Shown piece by piece: positions 33,735-42,274 of a stretch of DNA of 42,515 bases. The notes under the pieces were generated by a model, which saw only the letters and a list, made by a program, of their open reading frames with translations, was not told the origin of the DNA and searched no databases. This DNA comes from a phage: the sequence record PP754824.1. One strand, given 5' to 3'. Made by a program: the position numbers and the translations under genes. Within the stretch, counting starts at the first letter, position 1. Each line of letters starts with the position of its first letter.

Positions 33735-36717
33735 AGTTGAAACCTCTCAAATAAGCAAATGCTCTGCCGCCCTGCTGGAAAGACTGAGCAATCTCTTCTG
33801 CTACAATTGCCTTAACGCCATTTTGCAGCGCCTTGGCCTGTTCCGGGTCGCTTCCAATCCCACTATTAACGTTAACGGTTATTCCGCTAACATTAACATC
33901 TGCACCACCAGAAACCAAGCCGCCATTTGCATAGCCCGAAGGCCCGCCTACAACACCGCCATTTGCGTAACCTCTCATCAATGCGTAAAGGTTTTTAACA
34001 CCAATCCTGCTTGTTGCTTCTTTTGTGAATACAAACTCCCCCTTATGTACAGTGCCTGCTGGTTGATATTTTCCACCGTCTCCAGTGTAACCGCCGCTAG
34101 CAAAGCCACCGCCAATCGCAGATGCGATAGACCCAATCGCGCCACCAGTACCACCAAAGCTACTTAAGCTAGACTCGATAGCCTTAACAATAAGAAGCTG
34201 AGTTGCAATTCTTGCAATCTGCTTGAGTATGTTTACAGTAAACTCCCTGAAGTTTGTTTCTCCAGTGGTTACAAGGTCAGTAATCTGGTCAGTAATGCCT
34301 TCAAATACCTTAGTGGTTAAACTTCCGGCAATTGAGAAAGCATCTGTAGCGCTTTCAGCCCAGTTAGCAAAGGATTGATTCACGCCAGCAAGCCAGTTTT
34401 CACGTAGCGCATCCTCTTGAGCATAGAAATTACGCCTTGCTTCGAGTAAAGCCTGAAAATCAGTGTCATCTACAGAGCCACCTTTGTTTAACTGATTGGA
34501 CTGAAGCGACTGAATCTCTCTGGCTCTCTGCTTCTCCCTGTCAGATAAATTAGCAGCAAGCGAAACATTATTTGCTTCATTCTTAATCTGCACAGTCTTC
34601 TTAAGGTTGTCATCAAGTAACTTGTTTGACCTCTCCTGAAGCACAATCTGGTCACCAAGCTCAGCCTTCTGTTTAGCCTGTTCAAGAATGATATTCTTCT
34701 GCGCAAGTAACTTGGCTTGTGATTTTGTAAGCGTACCATCCGCTTGCCTTTGCTCAAGTATTGCAAACTTCGCTTCTTCCTGGAATAACTGCTTGCGTTC
34801 GTTGCTTATTACATCACTTATTTTCTTGTGCTCTTGTAAAACCTTCAGCTGAGCCTGAAGAGCAAGAACACCAGATTCATAAGATAAAGTTAAATCCATT
34901 TCTTCTTTTACTGCCTTATTCCTCTCGCTCCTCGATTTCTTTATTGCATCAAGCTCGTCTGCTAGCGCTTTCTTCCTTGCTCCGAACTCCTTATCTGTTG
35001 ATGCATTATTCCCGCTCAGGTTAGTGTTATTGTTGCTCTCGACATAACCAAGTTCACCCTTCCTGATTCTCGCGTCTCGCTCAGCTATGCTTTTAGCTAA
35101 CTCAATGTTTTGCTTCTTGGCAGCATCGACAATCTTTTGCTGCTCAGCGATTGCTTCATTGCCTAAATCGCCAAGTCCCGGGATTGACTGAAGCGTCTTG
35201 GTTGCAGCGATAGCAAATTCACCAAGAAGAATGTCGCCTGAGTTTATGAACGACCTTATCTGCTCAATCGTCCCAGCAACAACGTCAGTTATTAAGTTAA
35301 GAGCACCAAGTGTCCTTTTGCCGATATCATCCCAAATATTACTTACAAACTTCCTGAAGCTATTCCATGCACTTTCTAGCGGATTGAGGCTTAGTGCAAC
35401 ATCTTCTAGCCTGTTTTCCATAACGTTAGCAAATAACTCAGTAGCTGCTGTTACAGCCTCAGTCTCTCCCGCTGTCTTCCTTAAGTTCTCTATGTGTTTT
35501 AACTGCCCACTTTGAAGGAAGTTAAATTGCTTATCAAGCTCAGCAAGGCCTTTAACAGGGTCTTTTGTAATTTGGTCAAAGTACCCGAGAATGGTCTTTG
35601 AATCGGTTGATGTTACTGCCGCCCACTGCGCTGTTGCCTTAGTTATCTTGTCTATCTGCGTAAGAGTTAGGTTTCCGTTTGCCACAAGGCTATTGGCTAT
35701 TTCCTGAATAAGTCCGCGAGTAGCTAGTGTTGATCTCTCAATTCCATCAACAACCTGATTTATCTGCGCTGTAGACGTGATAGTTGAGTTGCCAACCAAC
35801 GTTATCGTAGATGCTAGTCCTCGAGCATTCTTATCGGCCTGATAAGCCGCAACACCCAAAGCGCCAAGAGCCAGGCCTAGAGTCCCAACAACTGCTGTTA
35901 ATGGGTTAATGGCTGCCAGTGCAAACCTTGCTGTATTTCCAATACCGCCAAAACTATCCTTAATCTGCCCACCCTGTTGGATTGCAACAAGCCAGACTGG
36001 CATGCCGCTAGCAAGGGAAGTTCCGATATCTGTAATCTGAGCGGGTAGCTGGCGAATCGCTTGCTTGTACTGACCGGCGCTTAAACCTGACTTAAGAAAA
36101 GCGGAACTCTGCTTCTGCAACTGAACAGCAGATGCCTCGGCAGCCTTACCAATCCTGTCGATAATAGGCGCAGCTTGGTCACTAACCCCTAGCTGAGCAG
36201 CCTTAAGCTGAAGCAGTTCAGTCCTTGTAAGGCTTGCTGCATTCGCCTCGTTCTCAAGAGATTGAATGAACTTTTGCGCCGCTGCTGTTGCCTTTTCTTT
36301 GTCTATTGATGCCTGGAGTGCAGCCCGACCTTCCTCGCTAAGAGCAGCTTTAGACCTGTTGAGCTTATTGATTTGAGTTTCAATAACAGAGCCAAGCCTG
36401 AAGAATTCTTCATCAGGAACTATCCCAGATTCAAATGCTTTGTCTAATTCAGTTGCTGCCTTCTGCAACTTCTGGAATTTAGCGGCAGTTGGGTCTATGG
36501 CTTTCTGAAGTGATGCGAAAGATTTGCGCTGTTCCTCAAGCTGCCTTGCAGTGTCCCTTGCTTGAGTCTTGGCTACAAGCTCGGCGTTGATGAAGCTATT
36601 GATTCCCGTTGCAGCTTGCTCGTTTGCTTGCCTGAATTTCTGTAATGATTGCGTACCCTTATCGACCTGAGCGACGTCGACGGCTAGCGTGATACCAGCA
36701 ATTTCGTTAGTTGCCAT
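33733..36717 (-). CDS. tail tape measure protein (994 aa)
   Basis: Long Ala/Gln/Lys-rich alpha-helical protein with Gly-rich C-terminal segment, downstream of the G/G-T chaperone pair. Confidence 0.9.
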   Translation of the reverse strand: MATNEIAGITLAVDVAQVDKGTQSLQKFRQANEQAATGINSFINAELVAKTQARDTARQLEEQRKSFASLQKAIDPTAAKFQKLQKAATELDKAFESGIVPDEEFFRLGSVIETQINKLNRSKAALSEEGRAALQASIDKEKATAAAQKFIQSLENEANAASLTRTELLQLKAAQLGVSDQAAPIIDRIGKAAEASAVQLQKQSSAFLKSGLSAGQYKQAIRQLPAQITDIGTSLASGMPVWLVAIQQGGQIKDSFGGIGNTARFALAAINPLTAVVGTLGLALGALGVAAYQADKNARGLASTITLVGNSTITSTAQINQVVDGIERSTLATRGLIQEIANSLVANGNLTLTQIDKITKATAQWAAVTSTDSKTILGYFDQITKDPVKGLAELDKQFNFLQSGQLKHIENLRKTAGETEAVTAATELFANVMENRLEDVALSLNPLESAWNSFRKFVSNIWDDIGKRTLGALNLITDVVAGTIEQIRSFINSGDILLGEFAIAATKTLQSIPGLGDLGNEAIAEQQKIVDAAKKQNIELAKSIAERDARIRKGELGYVESNNNTNLSGNNASTDKEFGARKKALADELDAIKKSRSERNKAVKEEMDLTLSYESGVLALQAQLKVLQEHKKISDVISNERKQLFQEEAKFAILEQRQADGTLTKSQAKLLAQKNIILEQAKQKAELGDQIVLQERSNKLLDDNLKKTVQIKNEANNVSLAANLSDREKQRAREIQSLQSNQLNKGGSVDDTDFQALLEARRNFYAQEDALRENWLAGVNQSFANWAESATDAFSIAGSLTTKVFEGITDQITDLVTTGETNFREFTVNILKQIARIATQLLIVKAIESSLSSFGGTGGAIGSIASAIGGGFASGGYTGDGGKYQPAGTVHKGEFVFTKEATSRIGVKNLYALMRGYANGGVVGGPSGYANGGLVSGGADVNVSGITVNVNSGIGSDPEQAKALQNGVKAIVAEEIAQSFQQGGRAFAYLRGFN

Positions 36718-36721
36718 ATTG

Positions 36722-36750
36722 TCTCCATAATAAAAAAGCCACCCCGAAGG
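36722..36750 (-). terminator. terminator-like hairpin upstream of the tape measure gene
   Basis: Imperfect hairpin AGCCATCCTTCGGGGTGGCT followed by TTTTTT on the minus strand. Confidence 0.4.
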
Positions 36751-36754
36751 ATGG

Positions 36755-37081
36755 CTATTTCTTGGCGTTCATCATATCTAAGGCTTTAGCCTCAAGTATT
36801 CTGATATCGTTAAGTACCATTTCTTCATCATCTATTTTATAGACTTTGAACAAGAATGGAAGGCAATTATAATCAAGGCCTGTGGCACCGCAAGCACCTA
36901 CTCGCCATTGTGTCGACATAGCACAGTACACATCCCAGCTTTGCATCATTGTTTCATCGAAGTGTAACTCTTCAGGCTCCTCACCTTCATAATCGGAACG
37001 TTTCATTCCGATAGCTTCGAGTTCGGCATCCGTTGGCGGTGACTGGTATTGTAAGTATACTGCGCGTTTTAGTTTTTTACT
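36755..37081 (-). CDS. tail assembly chaperone G-T, -1 frame extension (fusion made by programmed frameshift from 37069..37383)
   Basis: Reading the -1 frame from the A_AAA_AAC slippery heptamer runs without a stop into ORF 36755..37006. Confidence 0.65.
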   Translation of the reverse strand, partial: SKKLKRAVYLQYQSPPTDAELEAIGMKRSDYEGEEPEELHFDETMMQSWDVYCAMSTQWRVGACGATGLDYNCLPFLFKVYKIDDEEMVLNDIRILEAKALDMMNAKK

Positions 37082-37383
37082 CGCTGCCCTGCAAGTGCTT
37101 TCATGTAGCTATCCATTAGCGATGGAACTGCACCAGGGAAAAGGTTTGCAAACTCATCGACGTTCTCATCGTTAAATGGTTCTTCTAAATCCCAGTCAGA
37201 GCAGATTTCGCTAATCAATTCCTTAGTGCTGAAGTTTTCACGATTAAGAATCTCCTGTAACTCAGATGATTTCTTGTGCTTAACTGTTAAGACTACTTCT
37301 GCGTCCTCTCCATTCGCAAGCTGAAACTTAACTGGAAGTTTAAAGTCAGGAAGCGCCTTAAGTGAAAGTTTGAATTTTGCCAT
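37069..37383 (-). CDS. tail assembly chaperone G-like (104 aa)
   Basis: Position upstream of tape measure; acidic; ends just after the slippery heptamer. Confidence 0.7.
   Translation of the reverse strand: MAKFKLSLKALPDFKLPVKFQLANGEDAEVVLTVKHKKSSELQEILNRENFSTKELISEICSDWDLEEPFNDENVDEFANLFPGAVPSLMDSYMKALAGQRVKN
37072..37078 (-). other. programmed -1 ribosomal frameshift slippery site A_AAA_AAC
   Basis: Minus-strand codons GTA AAA AAC TAA; plus strand shows GTTTTTT. Confidence 0.65.
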
Positions 37384-37418
37384 CTCGTTATCTCCTTTGT
37401 TTATGTTGAATGATTATA

Positions 37419-37667
37419 TTACTTTGATTCGTTTTTTACAATGTTGTGAGCAACTTCGGTGCACACTTCGCGACCATAGTGCAGAATCTGGTTTGTCTTA
37501 TCGCCAGCTACTTTTTCACAATGCGAATATGCACTATTAAATTCATGTTCATACTTTATTGCATCAGAGTTTGCGGTTGCGCCACCAGTTGGGTTGACAA
37601 TCTGAATTGCCAGGTAGAAAGCACCAAGAGCAGCAGTAAGTTTGATGATATTTTTAACGTTGTTCAT
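37419..37667 (-). CDS. small secreted protein with signal peptide (82 aa)
   Basis: N-terminal signal-like segment IIKLTAALGAFYLAIQIV; mature part has three Cys; inserted between major tail and G. Confidence 0.5.
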   Translation of the reverse strand: MNNVKNIIKLTAALGAFYLAIQIVNPTGGATANSDAIKYEHEFNSAYSHCEKVAGDKTNQILHYGREVCTEVAHNIVKNESK

Positions 37668-37685
37668 TTTGTTTTCTCTCTCGTT

Positions 37686-37826
37686 TTAGCGATTACGCAG
37701 CGCTATCACAATTAAAGCAAGCAAAGCAGATACGAAGTAAGTGCCTATGGCTGCACCTAATGATACCCAAAAGGTTAGACCTGTAGCATAATAGAAAAAA
37801 GCGGTCAGCATACCAATTAAAATCAT
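37686..37826 (-). CDS. small membrane protein (46 aa from the internal ATG)
   Basis: MILIGMLTAFFYYATGLTFWVSLGAAIGTYFVSALLALIVIAL; RBS GAGGT; the ORF-track GTG start at 37886 would overlap the -10. Confidence 0.45.
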   Translation of the reverse strand: MILIGMLTAFFYYATGLTFWVSLGAAIGTYFVSALLALIVIALRNR

Positions 37827-37865
37827 TTTGCTTACCTCTATAATCCATCTCGTTTCGATAAAGTA

Positions 37866-37909
37866 ATAATAGCAAATCCCTGCCACACGTCTTTAACAAA
37901 AAGTGCTAT
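37866..37909 (-). promoter_or_regulatory. conserved promoter box variant (ATAGCACTTTTTGTTAA), 22-nt spacer, -10 TATTAT
   Basis: Immediately after the major-tail terminator; leader TTATCGAAACGAGATGG. Confidence 0.55.
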
Positions 37910-37912
37910 CAA

Positions 37913-37940
37913 TAAAAAACCCTCCGAAGAGGGTTAATTT
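37913..37940 (-). terminator. rho-independent terminator after the major tail gene
   Basis: AACCCTCTTCGGAGGGTT followed by TTTTTT on the minus strand. Confidence 0.7.
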
Positions 37941-38599
37941 TATACTAGCTCAGAAGCCACAGAACTCAGCCTACCACGGATGGATACCGCGATGGATACC
38001 GTTTCGATTTCGTTAACACCAATGCTCGGGGTGTCGTTGAAAGAGATAGTGCCAGACTGAAGTCGCATCTCACTAGCGCGAGGCACGAACAGACGGATAG
38101 CAACAACCTGACCAGACTCATCATAGTTACGCAGAATCGGATATACCGGGTTGGTGTATTCGTGCGCGAACGTGTAGGTGTTAGTTACCGCAGACTTATA
38201 GGTTGGAATCTTTTGCTCGCGGTCATCAGATAAACACTGGAAGTTAACGAACTGCTGTTCGCCGCCGTCAGTGGATACATCCTGAACACAAGGAACTTCA
38301 AACCAGCTAAGAATCTTAACTACTTCACCAGTTAAACCGGCTGGAAACTTAGTGTTGTTGGAGGTATCAATACCTTCAACAGTTACGTCCGAACCAGATA
38401 CCGCGGTGACACGAACTTGCTTATCAGCCAGAAGTGTTGAAGCTGAGCTGGTGAACAGCAGGTAATCCCCGCGCGCAATACCTGTGGCGTCGGACAAAGT
38501 TAAAACAGGAGCAACAGCATTGGTAATTGCTGTTACGTCGATAGTATTACCCCTAGTGCCCTCTACGAAGACCTGGGTGCCATTGCTGAGATGGGCCAT
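37940..38599 (-). CDS. major tail (tube) protein (219 aa)
   Basis: Position upstream of G/G-T and downstream of the head-tail joining genes; followed by a strong terminator. Confidence 0.6.
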   Translation of the reverse strand: MAHLSNGTQVFVEGTRGNTIDVTAITNAVAPVLTLSDATGIARGDYLLFTSSASTLLADKQVRVTAVSGSDVTVEGIDTSNNTKFPAGLTGEVVKILSWFEVPCVQDVSTDGGEQQFVNFQCLSDDREQKIPTYKSAVTNTYTFAHEYTNPVYPILRNYDESGQVVAIRLFVPRASEMRLQSGTISFNDTPSIGVNEIETVSIAVSIRGRLSSVASELV

Positions 38600-38610
38600 A
38601 TATTTTCCTT

Positions 38611-39009
38611 TTAGTCAAGACGAACATAGAAACGAACTGGAATAAACCAGCCAGATTTTGACTTCACTACCGGGTGAACTACTCCGCCCTCATAAATGTA
38701 GCCTGTGTCAAGCATTGTACCATCAAGCATTGATTCTGCCAATTGATTCGCCAACCTCCTTGCGCTATCAACACCATCACCTGGTGAGAAAAATACAGAG
38801 ACCTGAACCATGCCGACATAGTATTTGCACTTGCGACTCAAGCTATAGGTTACGGTATCGGCCTCAGTGTAGTCGTACTTCAGCCACATACCGCCATTAC
38901 TTGGAGGAGAGAATGCTACGTTTTCGTAGGAGATTGGATACCTGACTGGAAACGTTTTAACCAAATCAGTCACAAACCTCCTTGATGCTAAAGATAGCTC
39001 ATACTGCAT
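38611..39009 (-). CDS. tail terminator-like protein (gpU position) (132 aa)
   Basis: Gene order only. Confidence 0.45.
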   Translation of the reverse strand: MQYELSLASRRFVTDLVKTFPVRYPISYENVAFSPPSNGGMWLKYDYTEADTVTYSLSRKCKYYVGMVQVSVFFSPGDGVDSARRLANQLAESMLDGTMLDTGYIYEGGVVHPVVKSKSGWFIPVRFYVRLD

Positions 39010-39455
39010 TATCGTTTACTCCTCGCTTCAGCAACGGCTTCCTCAAAGTATCGACCAAGTCTGATATTAACTACACCAAGTACACCTGCTGGCGCTTGCT
39101 GCGATGCACCGTATTCAAGATCTGACGCATAATCTAGCCTGTTGGTTATGTAGATAACCTTTGTTGCTGGTGAGTTAGCTACTGCTCTGGCTTGTCTTGC
39201 AAGGTACCTTTTTGTATCACCGCCAGTCTTGTCGTAATCATTTAACGACTGTACTGCTGGTGAGTTTGCTGTAATCTGCCAGTTAGCCTTAAACCTACCA
39301 GTATCAACAGGAGATAAATCAACAATGGCGTTAGCTGCTTTAATTACAGTGCCTGAAACAATTTCAGAAAAACCATCATCAGCTCTTGAAATCCAGTCAT
39401 TGATAGAGTTCGTGAATGTAGCTAAGCCACCAACATTATTAGCCATAAGCAGCAA
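39009..39455 (-). CDS. tail completion-like protein (gpZ position) (148 aa)
   Basis: Gene order only. Confidence 0.45.
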   Translation of the reverse strand: MLLMANNVGGLATFTNSINDWISRADDGFSEIVSGTVIKAANAIVDLSPVDTGRFKANWQITANSPAVQSLNDYDKTGGDTKRYLARQARAVANSPATKVIYITNRLDYASDLEYGASQQAPAGVLGVVNIRLGRYFEEAVAEARSKR

Positions 39456-39822
39456 TCCTCCTCAGAATTGGCCTGTATGCGACTACAGTACCTGTTGGTT
39501 TCACTGGTCTCGGGTCGACTACAGTGTAAGTTTCATCGTCCACAATAATCCTGTAGCCCTGTAAGATTGGGACTTCGGAAGTGAAGATTCCACGCTTATC
39601 GCCAAACTGAATATACTCACCATCAATATCTCTGGTTTTAATCTCCCTCACCAGCCCCTTGATTAATGCAGTGCCGCCAGATACAGGAACCTCGACACCA
39701 TCGACAATCTCCACCCCACCTTTACCAGTTTCCATGGTAAACGTACCATCGCCATCACTAAAGATATTGATTCCCGTTCGCATTAATGATTCGATTTGAG
39801 AGTAATTCATCGGCAACCGCAC
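39439..39822 (-). CDS. head-tail joining protein (gpFII position) (127 aa)
   Basis: Gene order only. Confidence 0.45.
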   Translation of the reverse strand: MRLPMNYSQIESLMRTGINIFSDGDGTFTMETGKGGVEIVDGVEVPVSGGTALIKGLVREIKTRDIDGEYIQFGDKRGIFTSEVPILQGYRIIVDDETYTVVDPRPVKPTGTVVAYRPILRRIAAYG

Positions 39823-40217
39823 CCACGCCCACCGGACGTAACCAATCCAAAGCCACCACCTTTCTTACGCAGAAGGTTCCAGTACAGACGACCCCACGGG
39901 GTGGAAGTCAGTGCTGATTGTGATTGAGACGTTGATTCATAGCTGATAGAGAACTCACCACTCAGTGAGTAACTTGCCACCTTCTTACCGTAATCATCCA
40001 AAGACTCATTCTGCTTAAGTGCACCATCAAGAAAGGCAATGTGCATAGTGTACAGTGCCAGTGCCTTGTAAGCATCATCACCAAACTTACTGGTACAGAT
40101 GTAAAGCTTGGCTAGCTCAAGCCATACGTCAAGTGTTTCATCAGAAACATTCTTAAGGGCAGGAACTAATGACCTCATGAATGCTAATGCTTGTTCGTTC
40201 ATATTACCTCCATACAA
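39807..40217 (-). CDS. head-tail connector / head completion protein (136 aa)
   Basis: Gene order only. Confidence 0.45.
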   Translation of the reverse strand: MYGGNMNEQALAFMRSLVPALKNVSDETLDVWLELAKLYICTSKFGDDAYKALALYTMHIAFLDGALKQNESLDDYGKKVASYSLSGEFSISYESTSQSQSALTSTPWGRLYWNLLRKKGGGFGLVTSGGRGCGCR

Positions 40218-40243
40218 AAACGGACGCCGAAGCGCCCATTTTG

Positions 40244-40489
40244 TTATTTGTACTCGTTGCCAGTCTCGGCTTCAGAGATGGTCTTTGGTTCTTTGCGTTT
40301 TTTCTGACTGTTGATTTCTTGCGCCACTTCTTTAGTTGCCTTGTAGTCACCTTCAATGGTGAGTTTACCTTCAGCAATCAGGCGTTTCAGTCCATCACAA
40401 AGCTCACTTGCTTCAATTGTGTCGCCAGGTAAGTATTTAGCACCTTTATAAACAATCATGCACGCGCCAGTGTGTTCTAACTTAATCAT
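40244..40489 (-). CDS. hypothetical protein (81 aa)
   Basis: ORF track. Confidence 0.45.
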   Translation of the reverse strand: MIKLEHTGACMIVYKGAKYLPGDTIEASELCDGLKRLIAEGKLTIEGDYKATKEVAQEINSQKKRKEPKTISEAETGNEYK

Positions 40490-40519
40490 TACTTGCTCCT
40501 TTTATTAATTGATGATTGA

Positions 40520-41128
40520 TTATAGCACTAAACAATCGCCTTCGTGAACCCCATTGGCGTTTCCGTACTCGCCGAATATTTCTTTACACCAACTGTCGTA
40601 ACACTCCTTAGCCTCTTCAATTGTGTCAAACCTTTTAGCCATCCTTACATCTCCGCAATCCTTTTGTATCTGGGCTTTCCACTTCCCCCTTGATTTATCG
40701 TAGCTAACACCTTTAAATCCACTCTTGTTCCTTTTGTATAGGCTCGTATTCATCATGTTCTCACTTCGAGTAACAACCCTTAGGTTTTCCACCCTATTGT
40801 TTAATGAGTTACCATCAATGTGATCTATCTCACCTGTCGGCCAACTCCTGTGATGATAAAACCACTTTAACTTATGCATTGAAACGTGAAACTTCTTCCC
40901 GGAAACTTTAATACATAGCTTCCACATCTTACTTTCTGGGCATGTTGGGTTTGGAGTGAATTCACCTCCAGCAACCTTTCCGGCGCACCTTGAATTCCAT
41001 ACATTTGTAAACCTATCATTTCCCGGCTTTACTTTCCATGTCATAACGGGACTTTCAGAATCTGATTCAAGTCTTGATGTTAGCTCTTCGTGAGTTAGTA
41101 GTTCTTCAATTTTCATTTTCGCCTCCAT
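40520..41128 (-). CDS. HNH homing endonuclease (HNH_3 + AP2-like) (202 aa)
   Basis: EIDHIDGNSLNNRVENLRVVT HNH motif and SGFKGVSYDKSRGKWKAQI AP2-like segment; inserted after the major capsid gene. Confidence 0.85.
   Translation of the reverse strand: MEAKMKIEELLTHEELTSRLESDSESPVMTWKVKPGNDRFTNVWNSRCAGKVAGGEFTPNPTCPESKMWKLCIKVSGKKFHVSMHKLKWFYHHRSWPTGEIDHIDGNSLNNRVENLRVVTRSENMMNTSLYKRNKSGFKGVSYDKSRGKWKAQIQKDCGDVRMAKRFDTIEEAKECYDSWCKEIFGEYGNANGVHEGDCLVL
40521..40540 (+). promoter_or_regulatory. truncated box copy (ATAGCAC joined directly to TAAACAATCGCC) at the 3' edge of the HNH insertion
   Basis: Plus strand reads TATAGCACTAAACAATCGCC: the two halves of the long box lacking GAATTGC. Confidence 0.3.
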
Positions 41129-41144
41129 TGTTTTGATGGAAACA

Positions 41145-41190
41145 AAAATACCACCTTTCGGTGGTATTGTTTTGTCATTTAGTGCTATTA
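41145..41190 (-). promoter_or_regulatory. box-family copy (AATAGCACTAAATGACAAAAC) upstream of the HNH gene, overlapping the major-capsid terminator
   Basis: Box followed by hairpin ATACCACCGAAAGGTGGTAT and TATTTT; RBS GGAGG before the ATG at 41128. Confidence 0.45.
41147..41172 (-). terminator. rho-independent terminator after the major capsid gene
   Basis: ATACCACCGAAAGGTGGTAT followed by TTTTGTTT on the minus strand. Confidence 0.65.
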
Positions 41191-42132
41191 GGCAAAGGTA
41201 ATTCCTTTGATAGCTGCCACTGTAAGAGGGCGATATAAAATCAAACCTGTCGCCTTAGAGGTTACAGGGAAGCGGAAGTGAAGATCACGAGGCTGACCAG
41301 GTAAAACGTTTGTAACTTCCGGAATCTCGATGCTCATGTTGAGCGGATCCTTTTCAAACGCCAGCGCAGCTTTACCGCCAGCACCATCGTAGTTATCCAG
41401 GAACTGCATAAAGCGCAGGGTTACACCTGGGTTGTTACGAGTAAACAACTCGCCATAGCTCAGGGTTGTATTATCAACAAGGCGCTGCATTACACGGCGA
41501 GCGGAAGCTGGCAGCAGAATGTCAGTTACATGGTGGAGGCCCTGTGTGCTGGTTTCTACAGCATCAATCATTGCGGTAACGTCGTTAACCGCGTTAATTG
41601 GATTGCTCCAGTTTGGAGTTGCAACAACGTTGTTGATGTTCGGCTGGTTAAATACGCTTACGATGCCGTGAGGTGCAGAGCCAGACCATACCAGTTTATC
41701 AAGCAGGTTGTCGTGAGCTTCAAAAGCCAAAGCCTGTTTGCGAGCGGACAGTGACTGACCAGTAGCAGCGCCAACTTTAATCTCATCAACTGAGATCATA
41801 AACGCATTACCGAAGCGGAATACTTTACCCTGCTTCTCGGTCATGAAAGCATCAACCAGCGGCAGGTCGTCAGAGTAATCAGCGATGATCTGAGCAATAC
41901 CAACACCATCGAACTCATGGTATTCGAAGTATTTCGCGTGACCAGGGATTTCGTTGGTTACTGGGAAGATGTTGACAACTGAGTTGTCTGCGTATTCTTT
42001 TTCGTAAGCGCGATTCAGTGATGCGGTTAACTGCTTAACGGTCCAGATACCAGCAGCATCAGCCTTATCTACGCCCATTTGCTCTAGGTGAGCGGTGATT
42101 TTTGCTTGTTCTGCATCAAATTTAATGGCCAT
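41188..42132 (-). CDS. major capsid protein (lambda gpE-like) (314 aa)
   Basis: Size, position after the wrap-around gene and before the head-tail joining genes; flanked by strong hairpin terminators as expected for the most abundant late transcript. Confidence 0.7.
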   Translation of the reverse strand: MAIKFDAEQAKITAHLEQMGVDKADAAGIWTVKQLTASLNRAYEKEYADNSVVNIFPVTNEIPGHAKYFEYHEFDGVGIAQIIADYSDDLPLVDAFMTEKQGKVFRFGNAFMISVDEIKVGAATGQSLSARKQALAFEAHDNLLDKLVWSGSAPHGIVSVFNQPNINNVVATPNWSNPINAVNDVTAMIDAVETSTQGLHHVTDILLPASARRVMQRLVDNTTLSYGELFTRNNPGVTLRFMQFLDNYDGAGGKAALAFEKDPLNMSIEIPEVTNVLPGQPRDLHFRFPVTSKATGLILYRPLTVAAIKGITFA

Positions 42133-42232
42133 TCTTGTTTATTCCTTTTCAGTTAGGTATGTACGAGTCAATTATACACTAGTTTGAGGACCGCGCAATG
42201 ATTCTATCATGACCAAGCGGAAGGTATAAAAA

Positions 42233-42250
42233 AACCTCCCGAAGGAGGTT
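42233..42250. terminator. bidirectional terminator-like hairpin upstream of the major capsid gene
   Basis: AAAAAAA-CCTCCCGAAGGAGG-TTGTTTATTT. Confidence 0.55.
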
Positions 42251-42274
42251 GTTTATTTGTGCATTCAGATTTTG

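Noticed and set aside
34488-35515. ORFs 34488..34766, 34761..35024 and 35198..35515 inside the tape measure gene
   Set aside because: Alternative or antisense frames of a long repetitive gene; Arg/Leu-rich translations typical of the wrong frame.
37693-37899. ORF 37693..37899 and the GTG-initiated version of 37686..37886
   Set aside because: Their 5' ends overlap the promoter box and -10 hexamer; the gene is better explained by the internal ATG at 37826 with a GAGGT RBS.
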